Origin: Takakia lepidozioides
Taxonomy: Eukaryota; Plantae; Bryophyta
Assembly: GCA_030704615.1 (NCBI GenBank)
Contig: CM060731.1
Location: 11,284,001-11,348,000 of the forward strand
Length of the DNA stretch: 64,000 bases
Reading direction: 5' to 3'
In this document: positions 14,101 through 28,302 of the stretch, in pieces
Position numbering within the stretch: the first letter of the stretch is position 1
Layout: every line of letters starts with the position of its first letter
The notes under the pieces: model-generated
Seen by the model: the letters and a program-made list of their open reading frames with translations, nothing else
Databases searched by the model: none
What the model was told of the DNA's origin: nothing
Made by a program: the position numbers and the translations under genes

Positions 14101-17100
14101 TGGTCATGATTGAGATGCCTGATTTTATCAACTGTGCCGCTGCAGCTGCCTGCCTTTAGTTGACCATCTACCCATGCAGGTTTCTTGTAGCTATTTGATC
14201 CACTAATCTTGTGCTTGAAATCTAATCCACTAATCCTTCGAACCTCCTGCATTCTTATTCAACTGCACATCTGTAAGCGAGAATGTTGTCAGCTGCACCG
14301 GTGTGCGTTGCATCCGATTAATTCAAAGTCGGGTATCTGGGAATTGAATCTTTCCTTGACGAATTTGGTTCTGGGAGTAGATTGCAGAGAGCATGATGGG
14401 CTTGGAATCACAGACTGCAGCCAGTCCCCATGCAAGGAAAAAAGGTTATGCAGCATCCACCATGTAGGATCTCCCTCTTCGATTGGTGTGAAACCTCCGC
14501 GCTCAAGACATCGTCACCCCTTTCCGCTGCAAGACACCTGGTTAATTTCGGGCAGGTTCCAAAATTGACGTGACTACGATGATATGTCTACGATGACCTG
14601 GCGCTATGGCGCGCTCTACGATAAACTAGTCTCCGACCTTCAGACGTCGGTAGAGTTACTGTTGCAAAGTCTATTTTGATAACGTTTTGACTTGACCACT
14701 GTATTGCTACTTGGCACTATTATCTTTCTAAGTCAATCCTCCTATCAGTGCTGAAGTTGGAACTTGGTACAATCCTTTTGCAATCAATTTCAACCAGCTT
14801 CCAATCCATTCGGCTTGGTCAGGACGCTTTCATGTGAGTGGACTAACTCATCTATTGGCTTGAAGGTGCCAAGACACACATGCCTAAGAAATTAATAAAT
14901 CATACTGTGAGTTTCTTTTTTTTCTTTTTTTTGGTGAGTTTCAATGTCAGGTCAATATTTGCTCAGCCATAAATAATAAGTAGTAACTCAGCAATACAAT
15001 GATAAAACATTGAAATCGTCCAATGCAACTCCTAACTTTCTGAGGATGAGAGTCATGTTGTCAAAAACTTGGAGAAAGAGGGATAAGAATACCTACATAA
15101 CTAATTTTATAAATTTTAAATATAAAAAAATGCTAGAATGCAATGCTAAAACGTAAAAAAAAAATCCAAAATCCAAAAATTACCTTATATGGACAATTTC
15201 ACTAATTTGCTGGCATATAAAGTTGATATGCTTTTTGACCCAGCAAACTAGTAAGGATTCTGTATAGGCAACTACTAGCCCATTTATGCACAATATCAAA
15301 TTAACATATAGACATTGTGGATTGTCAACATAATGAAGCCTGTCACATGAGCGCATGACGCATCTTGTATATGTCAAAATGGTACGCGTAAGGCCGTGTA
15401 CAATATTCAAGTTCTCTGATATGAACATCTAAAGCTTGAGGGATGATTTTTTTCTTTTTTTATTGTAAAGCTGAATTCTAAATAAATTATATTTTGTTGG
15501 TTTAGGAAGCAAATTATAACATTCTTTTCAATAATTGTGAATGTTCATTTGAAAACTGTATTCAATATAAGGGACCTAGACAACATAAGAGATGATTCTC
15601 CTTTACATCTATTTTGAAAAAATATGCTAGTACATATATTGTTTCTTCTTAAGGAAGATCTCAAACCGACAAGTAATTAGATCTTTATTATTAGTTGAAG
15701 TACCTAAAAGCTTTTGAAACTCAACCAAAACATGCACTCAAAGATTCTTAAATACAATGTTCAGATCTTAATTTAATCTACATGCCTACGGATTGACACA
15801 CACACTTTGCATTACCTTTTGGAAGCAGAGAAGAACACCTTTTTTTTTTTTTTTTTTTTTTTTTTAAGAACACTTTGCTTTTGAACAGCATGGGATAACA
15901 AGGATATTTCACAATATTGCAAGCATGTGGGCACAAGGGCCTTTCAAAACCAAGTCTCTCTGAATAACAACTATGTTCCCCAATCTTTATTTATTTATTT
16001 ATTTTCTCCAAAGAACTCCTCCAAATAGTAAGAAAGCCAGATCTTGGAACTAGTAAAATAGTTATATAATTCAATTATATTTAACATTAAAACCATTTTT
16101 CACAATTGAGAGGATGTACTAGCAATTAATTTTTAATTAAAATCTGAAATAACAAGAATTATTGATACTGATCAAGTCACTGTTCTCTAAATAATAATTA
16201 AAAAAAAACACTAATTCGATCAAGATACTCCTATAAGTTATTTAATATTACATTATTATTATTTCAACCCTAAATAGTAAAGAAGAAATTGAACACAAAA
16301 TCAAAGTCGAAAGATGAACATATATTTCCTTTGAGATATATTGTCTTATATCTTATATCCTAACCCTAACCACTCACACAAATTCTAATGTGCCTCTTAT
16401 ACATCTGATCACATCATGCCTAACACATTAGCAAGTGTTTCCTAAAATGGCAGTTACAAGGAAATGCAACAATATGTACACAATGACAACAAGCTAAGAA
16501 ACACCTTGTTAGATGCCGTTTTGACCAAATCAAGGCAAATTATTAAAATTTTGCTTATTTTCTATGGCGTTCTTGTTTGAGGTTTTGAGGATTTATAAAG
16601 ATGAGAACTGTGATTTTGTGTCCAACTTTGTGTCTGGCGTTGTTGTCAAGGATTATTTTACTATAATTTTAACTTTTCGAGAGTTCGATGTGATAAAGAG
16701 TGGTCCATCTTGAACGATATTAATTGTGCAATTTCAAGACATTATGGTGGTGATTAGGATTGGCCATTTGGAGAAGATATGTACACAATCTTGATACATG
16801 GTAGAGCTCAATGTTGTCATCAAGAGGCCCCGTCTTATAGGTAATTAGAGAATCTACATTTGAACAAACCAAGAAAAATTGCTATGAAATGAGTTAACGT
16901 AACTATCAACGTTAGAAAAATAGGAATAACATAAAATTTTAGTTGTAGCAAATTTTTTGGTTGAATCATCTAGCTCTCAAGTTGTGCCTCATTTAAACCA
17001 TTTCACTAAGCTTTTGGAATCATCCTATTATATTTTAAAGAGTTTAGGTGCATGTTTTGTCCAACATTTTTTCTTAATTTTTTTTAAATTACTTATTTCT

Positions 17101-17341
17101 TTCTCTCTCTCTCTTTCTCTCAAGTTCACAAGGTTTTGACCTAGAAAAACCCATTTTGACCATTTTTCAATATATTTTGAAATATTTTACCAGATTTTTG
17201 ACCCACCAAAAAAAACCTCAGTTATGTGGAAAAGGCCATGAGTCAACCCCGAGGGCCTGTGGGAGAAGAGAACTAGGCTGGATAACACCATTACAAGATG
17301 GAATGCCATGAGACATTGCACTAAACAACAAAATTGTTCAG

Positions 17342-18760
17342 ATGGCGAATAAAAGCTGCAGGCAAACAGAGGCATGTTGTCCAGTTGGTGTGCCTCCTTT
17401 TTGTCACAGACCTCCTATGACCAGAATGAATGATTGTCCAGGCTCACCATGCACACTAGGAGGATTGGGGCTCCGATTAGGCCAGTTTTTCTTTGCTGCA
17501 ATTGCAGTCTCTATTATGGCTCGAGTTAAAGGCTATTCCTCAGTTACAGCGTTTCGGTATGAAACCACCCTCCGATGGTCTTATCTTCTAGTCTTCCATC
17601 CTTGCCATTGATTTTTATGAAGGTTGTTCATTGAAAGTGAACTATATAAGACCAACACATATTATCTATAGTAACTTTTAAGTTGTTTTTTGCTGTAACT
17701 TTTTATTTCAACTTTCTAAATTGATCATCTCTTGGAATAAAATCATTCTCATGTTGTATAAGATATAGTCATGAATGTTACTGTGAAAATATATCATTAT
17801 AGTGCAGGAGTTACAATCGGCCCCTCTTCAATGTGATAGAGACTGAGACTATGTTGAGTCGTTAACACGCAAGAACCATTATGATGGAGGATGTTTTGCT
17901 ATATTGTAAAAATCAATGATATATGATAGGCTGCAAAGTCAATCACTGGGATATTCTGTCAGTGCAGTTTCCTAGTGGCAGCCATGGTTTTGCAATGCAT
18001 TTGGAGTGCATGTATGGCGGTTCTCGATGCTTACGCTTTTTTCACACACCGTTGCATTGGTAGCTGTTTTTTAGCAACCATATTGGTTTTGGGTGACTGG
18101 GTAAACAACTATCATTATCCTAGATTATAAGTATCCCCTATGTGAATTTCTCCATTGCAACATGGGATGGTCCAAACTTCAAGAAATAATGTTTTGTATC
18201 AAGTGAGGTTGATGTAAAGGAGAGTGACACATTCATCTCCAGTGAAATTAGCCGTAGTTGCATTCATTTTTATGGGAGACCCAATATAGCTTATGAGAGA
18301 TAATAGATAAATTAATACCAATGTTCATAAATATGAGCATCGCCATGGAAAAGGTTAATAGATTACGTTCATGCTACCTAATGTTTTTGGCATTCATATT
18401 GTTCTTGAGAAAGGTGGGATGTTAGGGAGCCACCTAGCTTGGTGATCTAACTAATTACTTAGATGCCCCTTCGTACAACAATCTCACAATAATACTAACA
18501 CAAGTTGAGCCATCATGTATAGATTAATTATTACGGACGGCTTCTTAAATCAATAATGCTAAAAACAGGTTACATCAATGGCGACGTTCTCAGCAGCATC
18601 CGCATCAGCTGGCATTACAGTGCTTATTGACAACGATTTGAATCAGTGTGGTACAAACCATTGCAGCAGATTTGAGGGTGCTGTAGCCATGGCATTTTTT
18701 TGTTGGATGTTGACATGCTTCTCATTCTTCTTTTCAATTTGGCTCTGGGCAACTAGGTAA
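17342..18760 (+). CDS. CASPL5A: CASP-like protein, CASPL5A group; join(17342..17556,17968..18100,18569..18760), 179 aa (start may be 17417 or 17426)
   Basis: [27 protein letters not shown] / [21 protein letters not shown] / [26 protein letters not shown]; GT-AG introns in phase. Confidence 0.9.
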
Positions 18761-20890
18761 TCAATCGGCTTTCAAACTAAACCTAAATGTGTTTGTAGCC
18801 AAAAGATGCACCCACAATTGCACTTGTATGTTTGGATCTTTAATTTTAGAGCTCTTACTTTCAATTATTTGTGTTATAATAGTTGATGTATTTGACTGTT
18901 TGAGCTAATATTTCCTCTATATAAGTAGCCAACAATATTAGCTCTTATTGATTAAAAATATATATATATATATATCTTTTAGCATCATATGAATTGCATA
19001 TGGGCTGTTTTTATTTATTTCCAACACATGAAAATCAACACAAATGGGAAAATCCCCTGGTCAATGAGCAAAAATTAGGTTATGGTTGATTTTTTTTTTC
19101 CATATAAGGTTTAGAAAAACGCTCCACGAGATTTATTACAACAATCTGTCATCCATCATTGATCAAGTGGCATCAACCTGATCTGTTATTTCTACTGAAC
19201 TTGAGAGTACAACTTAGCTTTGTGTTTGGAGGGCATTGCTCAGGCCGCACTGTGGATATATTCTATATGTGCGAGATCCAGGGTTGTCATTTTCAGGAAT
19301 GAGGTGTGCTCAAGGGTATGGCTACAACACTTCTTTTGGTTGGTAACTCCCATCATCTGTCCAGTTGGCAAATATCATTTTGACAATAAATCAACTTTTG
19401 GATAAAACAACTATCATATCTTGACAAATGCATATGTATTTTTTAAAAAGCGGCGCCGATGGTTACAAATTTACTATATAAGTCAACCATGCAAAATACG
19501 AACATAATAATCATAGGTGGATATGGCCAGACATCTAAATTTTCTTAGATATTTTCATTTGTAAAACATGAAATGGTAAAAAAGGTGAAATTAAGATTGT
19601 ATGGTTTTATTCTATTGACTAAATTTGATGTGAGGTTGGAAGTAGCAAATGAGATTGTTAGGTGCTCACATGTAATTTGAAATGGAATTGTATGTGAAGC
19701 TAAACCGGGCCAATCTACACATCCCACACAAATGGCAAGAAAGCCCAAAAGACGAGAGCATGCAAGTGAAACCAACATTGATAACATTGACTTAAAATCA
19801 GATGTAGTCTCAAAAGAAAGGAGTAGTTTATCACAAGAACAAGTTGAGACTAATAAAAATTACCTTGCTGGTTCAAACCTACAAGTCAACCAAGATTTAA
19901 AATTACCAACAATCCCCTCAGAAAAAGTCATACCTTCTATGCAAATAGAAATGGATGGACAAGTTGTTGCAGCTTTCGAAAGACATGATTTTGCAAACCT
20001 TGAGGACAGCCAAAGCTTGGAAACAGAAGGAAAAAGATGTACATGTACATGTGCACTTTCAAAACAACAATAGGTTACACAAAAAAATGGTCAAAGAGAT
20101 AATATATGTGAGCAAGATATAAAGACTTTGTGCTATGATCGACCCATGATAAATCGACCCAAATTAACGAGATGATCATATCAAATATCATTGATTCGAT
20201 ATGCACATAACGTGATTTCTTTGAGCATAGTTCATTAAACAACAAATATTATATCTCCATGTGCATTGTGATTATGCTCACTTTTATTGTTGAACTCATT
20301 TATTGGCATGATCATAAATTTGATATTGGAAATACAAGAAAATGATTGCAATGAAGAGTAATGTGTCATAAATACCTTAAGACCAAAAAAAAACTAAAAA
20401 CTTTGAAAATTATGAAAAATTTAACATGATAACAACGAGAAAAAGAAGACCCCGACCGAAATCGGTGTAATGAAGAGTCGCGTCGCTTTGCAACTAACGT
20501 GATAACAACGCAAAATTGTACTACGTAATTCGGAGTGGGGTTGTCACCAACTGAACGTTTCCAACAATGCAAACTCTCTCTTCACCGCAACGCTTACAAC
20601 TACAATGAGCCGCTTTGACTTTCTTTCGCATGTTTCGTCTTCATCTATTTGAAAAGGAGACACGCTTTTGATCATCAGAGTGGAAGGTTGTCTCCACGGA
20701 AGTGTTCATCTCTTGGATGGATTGCTAACGTAGACAGATTCTAGAAATTTTTTAATGGGTATTAAAGACAACTACAGCACTTGGTACACTCACGTGAACT
20801 AGAGTCTCTGTCACACATGGAAGGGAGAATTTTTTACTAGATCTGCCAGGGTAACTTCATCTGCATGCAAGCTTATATGCAAAATTGTCA

Positions 20891-23170
20891 TGTTGACACA
20901 AGCATATGTCTGACTACATATACTATCAAGTGCAAGAGGCAAACGCTAGATTGAACTTAAGGCTAAAACTCAATCAAGCGAGTGGCTAGAAGAACAGCAA
21001 CACTATCTGTTCATGCATTGAGTGGTCAAGGCTGTTGGCCGCGTTCTATCTAGCCCTAGGTCTCTACGTAGGCACTCCCATTCATTAATCTAACATTCCC
21101 ACTCATCGAGACTCCTAGGAGCAAGATGTAGAGACTAATCTGCTCCCACTCCCATTGATCATCAAATGTCTTCATTCCCCATATCAATTGTCGAAACATG
21201 ACAAACCACACCAAGTATGTTTTGAAGTTTTTGGAAGCGGTTTACAGGAAGGGCCTTAGTAAAAATATCAGCAACCTGGTCATTTGACATGTTGACGTAG
21301 AGCATGTCAATAGTTTTTTTTTCTTGTTGCTCACAAAAAACATGGAATCGCACGTCTACATGCTTAGTACAACGATGATTTTCCGGATTGTGTACCGATC
21401 TGATACTAGCCCAATTGTGGCTATACAATCTTGTGTTAGTTCCTTCGAGAATCCCAAGTCGTAAAGAAGACGTCGGATCCATATGATCTCTTCGGTTGTG
21501 ACACTTGTGGCAATATATTCCACCTTTTGTGTAGAGCCGGCCGTGCATGTCTGCTTCCAACTCCCCCAAACAAGGGGTTCTTGATTCAATATGAGAACAC
21601 AACCTGATCATGATTTCCTGGCAGTGACATCCTTAGCATAGTCTGCATCCGGAGTATGCCTCCAAGGTGTTATCGTTGGCCCCTCCATTGTAACGTGGAA
21701 TGTAGTTAATGGTGCCACACAAATAACAAAAGATTTTTCTAATGATAGTATAATACATGTGTTGTCGCTTGACTGTAAATTTGGCTATCATGCTCACAGC
21801 ATGGGAAAGATATGGTCGTGTGTCCATCTGTAAGAACATTAAACATCCAACGGCTTCGGAATATGGGAAACAAATCTCAACTTACTCCTCCTCGCTCCCA
21901 CGCACATCAAGGTTTTGGAGCCACAGAGGTTGATACTGGCGTTGCGTTCTTAAAGCCATATCGCTCCAAGATGCTTATGATGTACCTAGCTTGGTCAATC
22001 ACACTCAAAGACATCAAATTTTCTTTTGACACAATAAACCACCTAATATCCACTAACGTAATATTTGAATGCAATAAAATAGTGTGATCTGCCAATGGTA
22101 GCAACGCTCATGGAGCCACATACATCCAAATGAATTAACTGATCATCAAGCTTATTAGCTCATAATTTGTTTGCATTGACTGGAAAAGGCTTTCGAGTAT
22201 TTTGGCCGAAGGCGCACCCCTCACAAAAATTCCCTTCTTTACTGGCAAACAAATTGAGTCCTATCACAATGCACTCTCTTGCCATTTGAATCAGCATGGC
22301 GTTGTTGACATGGCCGAATCTCTCATGCCACAGCTTGAGTGTTCCACCGGCAGTAACAATACTTCCGTCAATTCATAAGCGTGTGTAGGTGGGTTGATCA
22401 CCTTTAATTATAGCTGGTACAACTTTCCTTTTCGAATTCCTGCATTACCACTCGCAATGACCTTATTTGTTGATGAGCAAGCACTTCTCTCACTCATAAG
22501 TAGTGGCAAAGCCTTTATCCGCAGCTTGACCCATTGAGAAAAGGTTTTTCTTCAATTGAGGAACAAATAATACATTCTGCAGTGTTACCTCCTCCCATTT
22601 ATTTCCAACAAAACATTGTACTTTGATATCACCAACTCTTTTGATCCATAGTTTGCGATTGTCTGCAACAAGTATAGGCCATGTTCATGACTCAACAGGT
22701 TTCATGATTTCAAACCAACTCTTGTTGTCTGTCATGTGCTCGTTAGCACTTTCATCTGCATACCACATATCTTCCAGCTTGGAATCAGCAGGGTCATCTG
22801 TGACAAACACAAACATGACACTTTCAAGTGAGAGATTTGTTTCACTTTGCTTCCCATCATCAAAAAATTTCTTGGGGCATTCCCTCTTCCAGTATCATTT
22901 CTCTAAGCTCTGCGATCTTCTTAGTTCTCTTCTTTCTCTCTTCAAAAGTGAACCTCCTATTACGTCTTCCAAATCCACCTCCATTATTACTAATAAAAGA
23001 AGGCCTTGTCGTTCCCATCTTCAATCTGATTTTGTGACTTGTTCAAAGTCTCTTATTTGAGAAGCCTTATCGTCAAGTTCTCAATAGTCTGTAGTGGGGA
23101 TAGGACACTATCCCAAGCTGAGATCCACTGTCCGGAACTTCGTGACAAACTACAAATGATGTTGGATGGG
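20891..23170 (-). mobile_element. Degenerate Ty1/Copia remnant: 3' LTR ~20891-21095, RNase H, RT, GAG-pre-integrase, protease and partial gag; integrase core and 5' end missing
   Basis: TKHVDVRFH..DQVADIFTKAL (RNase H); TRPYLSHAVS, QARYIISILERYG (RT); LWHERFGHVN; NVLFVP.LKKNLFS; ISAWDSV (gag). Purine tract gagtgggaa precedes a TGTT..AACA segment of about 205 bp. Confidence 0.8.
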
Positions 23171-23185
23171 AGTCGTACTGTTTGG

Positions 23186-23601
23186 CTAAGGGGTCAATTT
23201 TAGCCAGCTAGCTTGTCGAGCCGCATGGGTGTTCGAGGAGGGCAGCTGAGGTAGTTTGTCCAACACAAGATCTACATGATTGTAGAAATTGGCCAAATTA
23301 GCTCCAAAGTTTTCTTTAATATGACTTGTGTAGAGATACCATGTATGCATGATATTCTTCTTGCTGACTTGTGATTGTTGCAGACACTCGTGTTTCCATG
23401 GACCGTATGTTGTTCCTAATATATGCTTTGAGCGAGATGACATGGGCGGCCAACTTCTGGTCTATCTCGGTCACAGCGAAGCGTGGTTGTCGTGATTGCT
23501 GTGTAGAGTGGAGGTTGGCTGGACATTGATACAAGCCACAGTATTAGTAAACGTTTGGTTGATGTTTTCCACCCTCAGTCTATCAAGGGTCCCCTTGGCT
23601 G
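23186..23601 (-). pseudogene. 3' part of a degenerate ORF split by the hAT insertion
   Basis: Joins in frame through the TSD to the ORF right of the element: ..FSPHIHSLNGIIPPAK|GTLDRLRVENINQTFTNTVAC.. Confidence 0.5.
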
Positions 23602-23837
23602 TAGGGTTGCACACGTCAGTGACGTCACGTCACGTCACGTCGGACCTGACGCTGACGCGACCAACGTCACGTCAGTTTTGCCGAAAAATCAGTAAAACAT
23701 GAGTTAGGTGAAAAATATGCCACGTAGGTGGACACGTTGTATTCCAAGCGACACCTTGGCAAGTGAATGAATTGTTTTATAAATTACTCCCGCCGCCAAT
23801 AGTTGAGGTCATTTTTAAATCATTATTCTTAAATTGG

Positions 23838-24400
23838 TGCGATCTCCAAATGGTGGTGGTCGCAGAATTTATCTTATTTTTTAATAGTTGCGACCATTAG
23901 CAGAGGGTTGTCGCAGCATTTTTTGTTTTTTAAAAATAGATGCGACCACCAGTAGGGGTGGTCGCATTTTTTTCTTTTCTTAAACAGTTGCGACCACTGC
24001 TACTGGTGGTCGCAGAATTTTTATTTTATTTATAATAGGTGCGACCACCAGCATGGGGGTGGTCGCAGCATTTTTTTGTTTTTTTAATAAGTGCGACCAC
24101 CAGCAGGGGGGTGGTCGCAGAATTTTAATTATTTTAACAATAAATAAAAAAATCTCTGTGTCCACGAACATGGGGGTGGTCGCAGCATTTTTCTTTTTTT
24201 AATAGGTGCAACCACTAGCATGGGGGTGGTCGCAGAAATTTTGTATTTATTTAATAGGTGCGACCACCAGCAGGGGGATGGTCGAAGAAATTTTCTGTTT
24301 TTTTAATAGGTGCGACCACCAGCAGGGGTGGTTGCAGCAATTTTTTATTTTTTATTTTTTTTAAAATAATCTCTGTGACCACGAGCATGGGGTGGTCGCA
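23838..24400. repeat. Palindrome array 1: ~11 units TGCGACCACC-N(5-9)-GGTGGTCGCA with T-tract linkers, period ~51 bp (extra unit at 24691)
   Basis: Units start at 23889, 23941, 23989, 24040, 24092 and onward. Confidence 0.9.
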
Positions 24401-25130
24401 ACATCTATCAGCTAAAAATGCTGAAGGTAACCAATTGCAACTTAAGAGAGAAAGAGAGAATATATAAGCTTTGGAACCAATGGAGATGCATTCAGTGTAG
24501 GTATTCTATGGGGAAGTTATAATAAGGATTTGCCATTTATTGACAATGATGTGTGGTCTCCTCTTTAGTGAGGAGCCAATAAACCGCTAAATATACTTTC
24601 ATCCATAATAAACTTGAAAACTTGCATTTGCCCATATTTGTGTTCTGATGAGCAAAGAAACCGATATTGGGGTTGATTCCCCAAAATAGGTGCGACCACC
24701 AGCATGAGGGTGGTCGCAGCAGTTTTAAAAAAATAATAACATGCGACTTCCTCGTGCGACCGGTCGCATCATTGGATCTGATTCGTCGAACGTGTGAGGC
24801 TTGGAGGCTGGAGGTATATAGTGGTGTCAAGCGCCTCACTTCTTTTGTGGCAAACACTTTTGTGGCGAGTGAATGTTCTCTATTCCTTGAGCAAGAGTGT
24901 AAGCGCGAGAGGAGGGTGCGGACCGTTTGCTGTTGTGGCTTCCACCAAAGCCACTGCAGCAAATTGTCAAAAAGCACAATACTACATGGTGCATTGATCG
25001 ACTTGGATTGATACCGTAGTGTTGGGCCATCGCATTTTGTTCTAATTTCTATTGCTCTTGACAAATTTACCAAGTACACTAGTGTTCTTCGTTCAACCTT
25101 AAGTCTGTGGTTAGGGTTTTGGGTGTGAGG

Positions 25131-27019
25131 ATGAGGGAGGAGTGGATCCCTTGGTTCACCATATACCCGCACAAAAAGGACGGTGTTCAATGCATTCTTT
25201 GTGCATTGAAGCTGGCGGGTCGCAAACATCACATGTTATATCACCTCGGCTACAGAGATAGAAAGAATGCAGGGGTTAGTTTGTGCCACATCACATCCCT
25301 CTGCCATTATTTAGAAAGCATGAACCCAAATACAGCCTTAGGAACCCGGGTGAAACCCGCTTTGCCACAAAAATTTGGATGGTGGATCGACTGGTGACTG
25401 TGAGGGCGGGTCTGGAGCAGGTGATCATTGACCCTCAATGGGATGCGTATTTGGGCACCTTACGCAACTCTCATAAGTCCAAGTCTTTGAGCAAAAGTCG
25501 GAGGGTCCGCGCAATCATTCGCTCCGACGATTTCTGGTCGAAATGTGCAAATTTTGTGTACATGGTGGAGCCAGTGTTGATTGCTTTGCGGGAGTTTGAT
25601 GGAAAACAACCAATAATGGATAAAACATGGTTGATATTGGAAAACCTTGAGAAGCACGTGCAATCCTTGAGGCGTCCTCCATTTTCAATGGACGATGATT
25701 TGGCGGCAAGGACCGATGATGCATTTTACGACCGCAATGCCGGATCCAAAAGCAATGAACATGTTGTCACAAGAATGGTGGGATCTGATTGGAGCTGGAG
25801 CAAGAACGTTAGCTCCCATTGCAAAGCGTATTCTTGTTCAAGTGTGCTTTGCCTCGTCCTGTGAACGGAACTGGAGCAGTTACTCGTTTGTTCACAACAA
25901 GATTCGCAACAGGTTGAATCATGCCAGGGCTGACAAATTGGTTTATGTCTACACGAATTGTAGGCTACTGCGAGAGAGGAGAGCAAGTGACGCATCTGCA
26001 TGGTACGAGAAGAATCTACCTCAGAGGTCCAATCTAGCAGCAATGATGACACTGACGTCGCGAGGGACTCCGACTCCGACTCCGACGGTTGGGATGGGTC
26101 CGATGATGTGGGCAATCCTCCACATGACCCATATGAATTTAATGACGATGATGCTGCAATGCATCCATCCTTCAATGACCTTGTTGTTGATGAACTGCGA
26201 TATGGTGTCATCCCAATTGCGGACCCCCTTCCCCCAGTGGAGCACACTCTCAACAATGAAGTTGAGGTCAACTCTCCCCCACCACGAGTTCCACCACGGA
26301 CTGCGGGAGATGTGCAAGTCGAATCGTCGGATGATGACAACCGGTCGTTGTCATTCCTTCACCGACATTGTGCCCCTGTGAACCGTGCTTCATCTCACCC
26401 CGCTCCATCTTATGTTTCTCTTTCTCAAGCCGGTCCATCCCATGCTGGTCCATCTAGTCTCTCTCCCCCTCATGTAATTCCTTCCATCGCTACTCCGATC
26501 CTGGGAGATGGTTCTTCTGCTGCGGGACTTCTGTAAATCGAACCATCGGATGACGACGACCGGCCATTGTCGTTTCATCTGGCCCGACGACGTCCGCATG
26601 TGAACCGTGCTCCCTCGACCCTCGTTGGTCCATCTCATGCCCATTTCTCTCATGTCGGCCCCTCGGATGTACGTGCGAGTAGTCTTCCTCATACGAGACC
26701 TGCTCCAAGGCCACCACGAAATCCGGGACAAGCCCAGAAACGGCAGAGAATTGTGTAACCTTTTGTTGGTGACCGACCTGTGAACAGGCCTGATACCCTA
26801 GATGGTATTCATGATAGGAGTGGAAATCGACCAGAGAGACAACTGAACGTACTCCGAGGACGACTACAGGTCCAACGGCCAGTTGCCTCTGGAAACGAAA
26901 GAACAGATGGAGATCATGATTCTAGCACTGATCATGGGAACGGGGGTGAAGTGAGTGGGGACGAAGATTTTGTACTAGACGTGAGATCATACCATCGTCG
27001 TCGTGGCAAACGGAATTAG
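25131..27019 (+). pseudogene. hAT transposase (BED finger / DUF659-type) with internal deletions and a long acidic disordered tail
   Basis: N-terminal CILC..H..C BED-like finger; PGETRFAT; EPVLIALREFDG; C-terminal dimerization domain WW..G...LA.IA.RIL.Q...SSCERNWS.Y..VH.K.RNRL..DKLVYVY.N. The region holding the first catalytic Asp residues is missing; frameshifts present. Confidence 0.88.
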
Positions 27020-27324
27020 GTACAGCTATAACTTCTGTGACCTGTCACATGATGTGTAGTATGTTTCCATGGATATCCATATTTCAGTTTGGGTACATGC
27101 ATACGTGTACGGAAATAAAAATGGTGGAATACGTGTACCCAAGAAAGGGTTTGGTGGTTGTGCGTGTGTTTGTGTTTCGTCATTACCTTTACATTGTTGA
27201 TTTCATATTATGGTTTTGAAAGCCACAAAAGCTAGGTGCAACTCCCAACATTCATCTTCCCCTTCACAAATCCATAGGGAGTCGATACATGTGCTTTTCA
27301 TTGCCTCTCCAAACATACATACAG

Positions 27325-28110
27325 GTGCAAGGGGACCAACCTCCTGGTAGTCGCACCTATTTTTAAAAAAACAATTGTGTGACCACCAGTAGCGGTCGTC
27401 GCAACTGTTAAAATAAAAGAAAAATGTTGCGACCATCCCCCTGCTGGTAGTCGCACCTATTTACTGATTTACTGATTACCCCTGTTGGTGGTCGCAGATT
27501 TTATTTTATTTTATTTTATTTTGGGAAACACCTGGGAGCGACAGCTCACAAATCAGGCCTCTTAGTAACAAGAGGAGAAAATAACCTCTTTCATTTATGC
27601 GCCAAGAGGCGTAGGAATGGGGCACCACACACGAACCATACCACACCCATCAAGTAACAAGATTTGACCCCAGAATCGTCCGGGTCGCACTCAGTGCACT
27701 TAACCAACTGAGCTACTGACTGTTGATAGATACTAAAAAATCAGAAAATTATGCGACCACCCCCTTGCTGGTGGTCGCATCTATCAAAGAAAAGGAAAAT
27801 AGTGCGACCACCAGCAGGTGGTGGTCGCACCTATTTGTTTTAAACAAAATCTCTGCGACCACCCCTCTGTTAGTGGTCGCGCCTATTTTTAAAAAAATTA
27901 TGTGACCACCTCCCTGCTGATTTTTTTAAAAAAAATCTGCGACCACCCCCCTGCTGGTGGTCGCACCCATTAAAAAACATAAACCACCCCCCTCCTGGTG
28001 GTCGTACCTATTAAAAATAAATAAAATTCTGCGACCACCCCCCTGCTGGTGGTCGCACATAATAAAGAAAAATATATATATGCGACCACCCCTTCTGGCG
28101 GTCGCAGCTA
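27325..28110. repeat. Palindrome array 2 (~12 units, reverse orientation to array 1), interrupted by a SINE
   Basis: Units such as tgcgaccacccccctgctggtggtcgca with A-tract linkers. Confidence 0.88.
27525..27722 (-). mobile_element. tRNA-derived SINE inserted in array 2
   Basis: Minus strand has TAGCTCAGTTGG (A-box) and ggGTCAAATC (B-box-like), then an (AAAAT)n tail. The 3' segment atttgtgagctgtcgctccc recurs at ~61497. Confidence 0.6.
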
Positions 28111-28302
28111 TTACTAGCGTGCGCAGTCATGATGACAGTGCGCGCCCCGAGTGTGGAGGGGGGGCTTATAAGGCCTTGGAGGCCATTCTCTCCCTCATTT
28201 TTTTCCACACCAAGACTTGGTGGGCGATGGGATGTTGCATTCCTTGTCATTGAGTCCAAGTGGAGAGGGGTGCTATTGGTTGGGTGGGGGGTATTTACAT
28301 AA

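Noticed and set aside
19400-20350. Coding-like fragment (113-aa ORF), perhaps a DNA-transposon relic
   Set aside because: No diagnostic motif I can support.
23838-24400. CRISPR-like look of the palindromic repeats with spacers
   Set aside because: Linkers are low-complexity A/T tracts similar to each other, the repeats vary, there are no cas genes, and the context is a eukaryotic TE.
24537-25232. 231-aa minus-strand ORF
   Set aside because: Antisense across the transposase start and repeats; no motifs.
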